A stretch of 64,000 nt of DNA, from positions 386,841 through 450,840 of the forward strand of contig CBDFJA010000003.1 of assembly GCA_965248365.1 (NCBI GenBank), read 5' to 3'. The stretch comes from Bryobacterales bacterium. Its GTDB lineage: Bacteria; Acidobacteriota; Terriglobia; Bryobacterales; UBA6623. Shown here one piece after another: positions 59,124 through 64,000 of the stretch (position 1 is its first letter; each line of letters starts with the position of its first letter). The notes beneath the pieces are model-generated. The model saw only the letters and a program-made list of their open reading frames with translations, had not been told where the DNA came from and ran no database searches. Position numbers and translations under genes: made by a program.

Positions 59124-59250
59124 GACGGGGGACTGGGAAGGTTGGCAAGAGTGGTTGTTCCGCTGACAAGCAAGAGTGCTTATCCTACCGTCAAGCGCGA
59201 GTGACAGTCGTACGCCGCAGGGCGGTCCACTTCGATGACTCTAGCTATAG

Positions 59251-60747
59251 CTAGACCAAGATTTCCTTGACCACTCTCGCTGGTTCCTGACCCGTGGGTT
59301 TTTCGTCCAGGCCGTTGTGGTTGTAGATGAGTTTCTTGAAGTCGAGCCCTAGGGAATGGAGAATCGTGGCGTGGAAATCGTGAACGCTGACGCGGTTTTC
59401 GACGGCCTTGTAACCTGTGTCGTCGGTGTTCCCGTAGGCCGTGCCGCCTTTGATTCCCCCGCCGGCCATCCAGGTGGTGAAGCCGGCCGGGCCGTGGTCG
59501 CGTCCGTCGCCGCCTTGCGAGAGCGGTAAGCGGCCGAACTCGCCTCCCCAGACGAGCAACGTGCTGTCAAGCAGGCCACGCTGCTTGAGGTCTCTGATCA
59601 ACCCTCCAATTGGTTGGTCGGTCTTGTTGCAGCAGTAGCGGAGGTTCTTCTCGAGGCCGGAGTGGTTGTCCCAAATCTGCTGCTCGATGTAAATCTGGAC
59701 GTAACGAACGCCGCGCTCGACCAATCGGCGCGCCATCAGGCAGCGGCGCCCGTAGGAGGAGGAGACTTTCCTGTTGATGCCGTACATCTCTCGGGTAGCC
59801 TCCGATTCCTGAGAGACGTCGAGGGCGTCGGTGGCCGAGAGCTGCAGCCGCGCGGCCAACTCGTAGCTGGCGATGCGGGCATCGAGATCGGGCTGGAAGG
59901 GCCGTTGGTCGCGGTGCTTGGCCGACAGCCGGCTCAGCAGATCCCTCGCAAGGTCTCTGACCGGCGTGGGGAACTCATCCTTGGCTTCCAGATTCAATAT
60001 CGGGGAACCTTCCGAGCGCAGCCGGGTTCCTTGAAAGATCGGGGGCAACCACCCCGACTGCCAGTTCTTGATTCCCTGGGTGGGGAGCCCGATGGGATCG
60101 TCCAGCACGACGTAGGCGGGCAAGTCCTGATTCTCACTGCCCAGCCCGTACACCGACCAGGCTCCGATCGTCGGACGCCCCGGAAACACGCTGCCCGATT
60201 GCATCAGAAAGATGCCCGGGCCGTGCGTGAAGTTGGTGGTAAACGTTGAGCGGATCAGGGCCAGATCGTCGGCGTGCTCGCCCAAATAGGGCAAGACGTC
60301 GGCCATCTCGAGGCCCGACTTGCCGTAGGGCACGAACTTGAACGGCGAGGGCATGAAGCCCCCGGCTTCGTCGGCGAACAGTACGTCGTTCGCCAAGTCA
60401 CGTCCGGGAGGCTGGCCGGCGTATTTCGTCAGCAGGGGCTTGTGATCGAACAGATCAACCTGGCTCGGCCCGCCGTGCATGAAAAGCTGAATGACGGATT
60501 TCGCGCCAGGCTCGAAATGCGGCTTCCTCGGCCTTACATCAGAGGGCGTTTCGTGCCCGATGGCGGCCAGGGCCGGGTTCGAGGAAAACAGATCGGCGCC
60601 CAAAAGCGACGCCAGGGCGGCCCCGTAGAGCCCGTCCGACACCTTAGAGAAGAAGTCGCGCCGCGAAGGGGCTGCCATCCGATGGGAAATAGAGTTGAGG
60701 TTGTTATCGTGCATCGAACGCATTCCCTCCTCAGTCGATGTAGACAA
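59251..60747 (-). CDS. DUF1501-family protein
   Basis: 498 aa. Contains SRRDFFSKVSDG and WGGEFGRLPL. A 17-nt overlap with the upstream PSCyt/DUF1553 gene. Confidence 0.85.
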   Translation of the reverse strand: MSTSTEEGMRSMHDNNLNSISHRMAAPSRRDFFSKVSDGLYGAALASLLGADLFSSNPALAAIGHETPSDVRPRKPHFEPGAKSVIQLFMHGGPSQVDLFDHKPLLTKYAGQPPGRDLANDVLFADEAGGFMPSPFKFVPYGKSGLEMADVLPYLGEHADDLALIRSTFTTNFTHGPGIFLMQSGSVFPGRPTIGAWSVYGLGSENQDLPAYVVLDDPIGLPTQGIKNWQSGWLPPIFQGTRLRSEGSPILNLEAKDEFPTPVRDLARDLLSRLSAKHRDQRPFQPDLDARIASYELAARLQLSATDALDVSQESEATREMYGINRKVSSSYGRRCLMARRLVERGVRYVQIYIEQQIWDNHSGLEKNLRYCCNKTDQPIGGLIRDLKQRGLLDSTLLVWGGEFGRLPLSQGGDGRDHGPAGFTTWMAGGGIKGGTAYGNTDDTGYKAVENRVSVHDFHATILHSLGLDFKKLIYNHNGLDEKPTGQEPARVVKEILV

Positions 60748-63700
60748 AATCCGGCGAGTTCAAAATCGTGTGGCAATAGGCTCCGAGCGCCAGCCAGCGC
60801 GCTTTCGCTTCTTTAGGTTCCGCCGGAGTTTCCTGATCCAGGTGTTCCCGCCAGTGACGCGTCAAATCCCCCAGCGCCCGGACGCCCATCACCTTCTCTT
60901 CGGCCGACGGTGGGCGTGACAGCGCAGCGAGGTACACACGGTCCACTTGACGCGCGACATCGTCCCCGGCGGCGTCCATAACGCGGCCCGCGAAGTAGCG
61001 GGCGCTCTCGCGGAGCAAGTCGCTGTTGAGCAACTGCAAGGCTTGGGTCGAAACCGTCGAGTACTCGCGCCGCAGGCAATTGGGGCTGCCGTCATCGAGT
61101 CGCGGCGCGTCGAAGTTCGTAAGCAGGGTTGACGGCGTCTCTCGTTTCTGCAACATGTAGATGCTGCGGCGAAATCCCTTCTCCGTGGGTTTCGCGACGA
61201 CCTCGCCTTCCTCGGTCTGCTCGATCTCGTCGGGAGGCCCGAACGGCGTCGCGTCGAGCCGTTGGGCCACCTTGAGAACGGAGTCGCGCAGGGCCTCGGC
61301 GTCCATGCGCTTGAAGGGGAACCTCGACAGCAGCGAGTTGCCGGGGTCCGCCTCTCGGGCGGCCGGATCAACCTTCGATCGCTGCCGGTAGGCGGCCGAG
61401 GTCATGATCAGGCGGTGCATCGCCTTCATGCTCCACTTTTGGCGGACGAACTCGGTAGCCAGCCAATCGAGCAGCTCGGGATGCGACGGCGGCACGCCCA
61501 ACTTGCCGAAATTGCCCGGCGTGCCGACCAGCCCGGTTCCGAAATGATACTGCCAAATGCGGTTGACCATCACCCTGGCCGTCAAGGGGTGGTTGGGCTG
61601 GGTGAGCCAGCGCGCGAAGGCTAGGCGCTGACCACTCGTGTCGGTCGTCCAAGGCGGCTTGACGACCTTGTACGGCTCGATGCCATCCCGCAAAACCGAC
61701 GGTACCCCGGGGAACACCCTGGGGCCGGGATTCAACGAGTCACCTCGCCGAAGGATGTAGGCGGGCGTCGGCTCGCCACCCATGTCGTAAAGCGCCCGCA
61801 CCATGGGATCGGGTTTGATCTCGTCTTCGGCCTTGAGAATGGCGATTCGAATATCCCTGGCCTCATCCTTGAACTTGAGAAATCTTTCCTCCAACGCCTT
61901 CTCTAGTATTTCGAGAGAAAGTTTTTTCACCAAGTATTTCTGAAGGCTGCTCCGTTCTTCCTCAGGGGTTTGAACGGCTTTCAACGCGTCCTCGCGAACG
62001 TCCTCGGGCAGTTGGGCCAATTTTTCGCCAAGCAGTTCCTCCCGTAGCGGGGCTGCTTTCTCTTCCAAGGTCTGCTTGAGCCTTTCGATTTCCTTCTTGA
62101 TCGGAGCGTTGTGGGCTTCCCGCTCCTCGCGCCCCTCGTCGGAAGGTATGAGCAGCAGACGCTTGGGCGCGTAGGGTTCTCGTTCGAAGCTCGCTCCCGT
62201 CAACTTGTTGGGCATCAGCCAGTCATAGGGATCGTAGGCGGTACGCAGTATAGCCCCCAGACTGTAGTAGTCGCGGTGGGGAATGGGATCGAACTTGTGG
62301 CTGTGGCATCGCGCGCAGCCCGTAGTGAGGCCCATCACCGTCGAACCCAGCATCTGCACTTGCGCCGCGATGGTGTCGAACCGAAACGGAACGAAGTTCA
62401 CGTCATGCGAATTCGTCGGGTCGGGCGTCATACGCAGGAAGCCCGTCGCCACCAAGTAATCGAGCTGCTGGGGAGTAAATTTCTTGACCGCCTTGTAGTC
62501 GAACAATTCATCGCCGGCGATCTGTTCGGTCAAGAACTGATCGTAGGGCTTGTCGGCATTCAACGAGCGGATGACGTAATCCCGATAGCGGTAGGAATGA
62601 GGACGGACGCGGTCATCCGCCGCTCCGCCTTCCGAGTCGGAGTATCCTGCCGCGTCGAGCCAATATTTTCCCCAGCGCTCGCCGTAATGGGAGGATTCGA
62701 GCAGGCGATCGATCAGGCGTTCGTAGGCGTCCGGCCTAGAATCGTTCTGATAGGCTACGACTTCCTCCGGGTCGGGGGGGAGACCGGTCAGATCGAGATA
62801 GGCGCGGCGCATCAGCGTCAGGTCGTCGGCCCGCAGCGAGAAACTCAGCTCCTTCTGCTGCAATTTCCGCAACAGGAATGCGTCAATCGGAGTCCGAACT
62901 GAGTCTTGATCCTCGACGCTGGGCGCTGCCGGGCGACTGGGCGCCACAAACGACCAAAACTTGCGCTCTTCATCGCTGATAAGAGGGTCGGGGCCGTCAC
63001 CGACTTGGGCGACTTCCCCGCTGTCCGGCGGCGCGCCGGCGGCGATCCACTGGCGTAGCTTTTCGAGTTCCCCGGAGCTGATATCCCGCGTGAAATAGGA
63101 GAACTGCCACTCGGGAGGCGGCATTTCCCGCGCCGTGATGCGCTTGATAAGGAGACTTTCGTCGGGTTTTCCGGGAACAATCGCCGGTCCCGACTTGCCC
63201 CCTTTGAGCAACCCGGCGCGCGTCCGAAGGTCGAGCCCCGCTCGCTGGATTCGCTTGCCGTGGCAAACGATACATTTGACGTGCAGGATGGTTACTAGAG
63301 CTTCGCGCTCGGTGACTTGTTGGGCGGCCAGTTGCGACTTGGCGGCTTCGAGGTCTTCCCCCTGCTTGAGCGCTCCGGCCTCGATCCACTTTCGAATCAG
63401 CTCGATCTCGTCGGCGCCGAGCTTGCCGGGTCCCATGGGCATTGCGCCCGAGGAGACTTTTTGAAACAGCAAGCTCTCGTCCGGCCGGCCCGGCGCAATG
63501 CCGGCTCCTGTTTCGCCTCCCTTGAGCGTGGCGTCGCGGGTGCGCAAGTCCAGCCCGTTCTGCCGCAGGTTTTCGCCGTGGCAGACCAGGCAATTAGCTT
63601 CAAAAACAGGAAGGATGTCGGACTCGAAGCGCGGCGCCTGGTTTTGCTCTCCGCCCCGGGCGGAGGAAGGCGAGAAAAACAGCCCGACCGTGAGCAGGAG

Positions 63701-63754
63701 AGCGGCAGAGAGTCCCGCCGGCGACGAGCGGCAAAAGCCCCTCAAGACAGACAT
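60731..63754 (-). CDS. Planctomycete-type cytochrome c (two CxxCH) plus DUF1549 plus DUF1553 protein
   Basis: 1007 aa with a signal peptide. Contains CLVCHGENLRQNGLDLRT, CIVCHGKRIQRAGLDLRT and CARCHSHKFDPIPHRDYY. Confidence 0.88.
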   Translation of the reverse strand: MSVLRGFCRSSPAGLSAALLLTVGLFFSPSSARGGEQNQAPRFESDILPVFEANCLVCHGENLRQNGLDLRTRDATLKGGETGAGIAPGRPDESLLFQKVSSGAMPMGPGKLGADEIELIRKWIEAGALKQGEDLEAAKSQLAAQQVTEREALVTILHVKCIVCHGKRIQRAGLDLRTRAGLLKGGKSGPAIVPGKPDESLLIKRITAREMPPPEWQFSYFTRDISSGELEKLRQWIAAGAPPDSGEVAQVGDGPDPLISDEERKFWSFVAPSRPAAPSVEDQDSVRTPIDAFLLRKLQQKELSFSLRADDLTLMRRAYLDLTGLPPDPEEVVAYQNDSRPDAYERLIDRLLESSHYGERWGKYWLDAAGYSDSEGGAADDRVRPHSYRYRDYVIRSLNADKPYDQFLTEQIAGDELFDYKAVKKFTPQQLDYLVATGFLRMTPDPTNSHDVNFVPFRFDTIAAQVQMLGSTVMGLTTGCARCHSHKFDPIPHRDYYSLGAILRTAYDPYDWLMPNKLTGASFEREPYAPKRLLLIPSDEGREEREAHNAPIKKEIERLKQTLEEKAAPLREELLGEKLAQLPEDVREDALKAVQTPEEERSSLQKYLVKKLSLEILEKALEERFLKFKDEARDIRIAILKAEDEIKPDPMVRALYDMGGEPTPAYILRRGDSLNPGPRVFPGVPSVLRDGIEPYKVVKPPWTTDTSGQRLAFARWLTQPNHPLTARVMVNRIWQYHFGTGLVGTPGNFGKLGVPPSHPELLDWLATEFVRQKWSMKAMHRLIMTSAAYRQRSKVDPAAREADPGNSLLSRFPFKRMDAEALRDSVLKVAQRLDATPFGPPDEIEQTEEGEVVAKPTEKGFRRSIYMLQKRETPSTLLTNFDAPRLDDGSPNCLRREYSTVSTQALQLLNSDLLRESARYFAGRVMDAAGDDVARQVDRVYLAALSRPPSAEEKVMGVRALGDLTRHWREHLDQETPAEPKEAKARWLALGAYCHTILNSPDFVYID

Positions 63755-63828
63755 ATCAACTTCCCCCTGAGCGAGATCCGAAAACCAGCAACCGGGACCA
63801 CCGTCCGTCTAGTCTCGGTACAGCTTCT

Positions 63829-64000
63829 CTACCACTTTATCACCGCCGGGGTGGCGAAGCGAGTCACTTTCTTCACCGGCGCTTTGGCTTGCAGATAGTG
63901 GCCGCGCTGGTAGAGCGGCGATCCGGGAACCAGCGGCGGCGAGATCTCGACCAGCGTGTTCCCCTTGAATTTACAGGTGTGGACCTGCTCGTCCGGCGCT
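63829..64000 (-). CDS. 3' end of an unidentified gene (partial, runs off the window)
   Basis: Reverse-strand frame is open from the window edge: ...FKGNTLVEISPPLVPGSPLYQRGHYLQAKAPVKKVTRFATPAVIKW*, with the stop at 63829-63831. Confidence 0.4.
   Translation of the reverse strand, partial: APDEQVHTCKFKGNTLVEISPPLVPGSPLYQRGHYLQAKAPVKKVTRFATPAVIKW

Overview
High-GC bacterial chromosomal segment. By inference it comes from an Acidobacteriota (Solibacter/Bryobacter-like) or PVC-type genome, because DUF1501, DUF1549/DUF1553-PSCyt and CRTAC1/ASPIC-UnbV paralogs are abundant. Housekeeping genes are clear: tRNA-Pro(GGG), dsbD-like, tig-clpP, pntAA-pntAB-pntB, bshB1, a PpiD-like chaperone, a SpoU/TrmJ-like methyltransferase, a rhomboid protease and a PfkB kinase. 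These are interleaved with heavy mobile-element activity. There are three near-identical 1026-bp IS481-family copies, each with a 6-bp NCTAGN duplication. There is one full IS630-family element with TA duplication, which splits a gene, plus two truncated IS630 3' ends. There is one IS4-like element. A three-level nested structure has an IS3-family element carrying both a second IS3 element and an IS481 copy. A family of ~200-bp intergenic elements with CTAG-tipped terminal inverted repeats and a central GC hairpin recurs at gene 3' ends, and it provides the insertion site for two IS481 copies. Accessory or unknown content includes an operon of two B12-binding radical-SAM genes plus a SAM methyltransferase next to a bshC remnant. 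There is also a scrambled locus (PhyH::IS630 / GT2 fragment / IS630::PD-(D/E)xK nuclease-like gene), a visibly lower-GC orphan gene at an unmarked breakpoint, and a ~20-kb block of DUF1553/DUF1501 pairs with PPC, CRTAC1 and PQQ-propeller proteins. Several genes carry single-nucleotide frame breaks at homopolymers, which could be pseudogenisation or long-read indel error. No CRISPR array, rRNA or prophage was seen. All functional calls come from reading motifs in the translations; no database search was possible.
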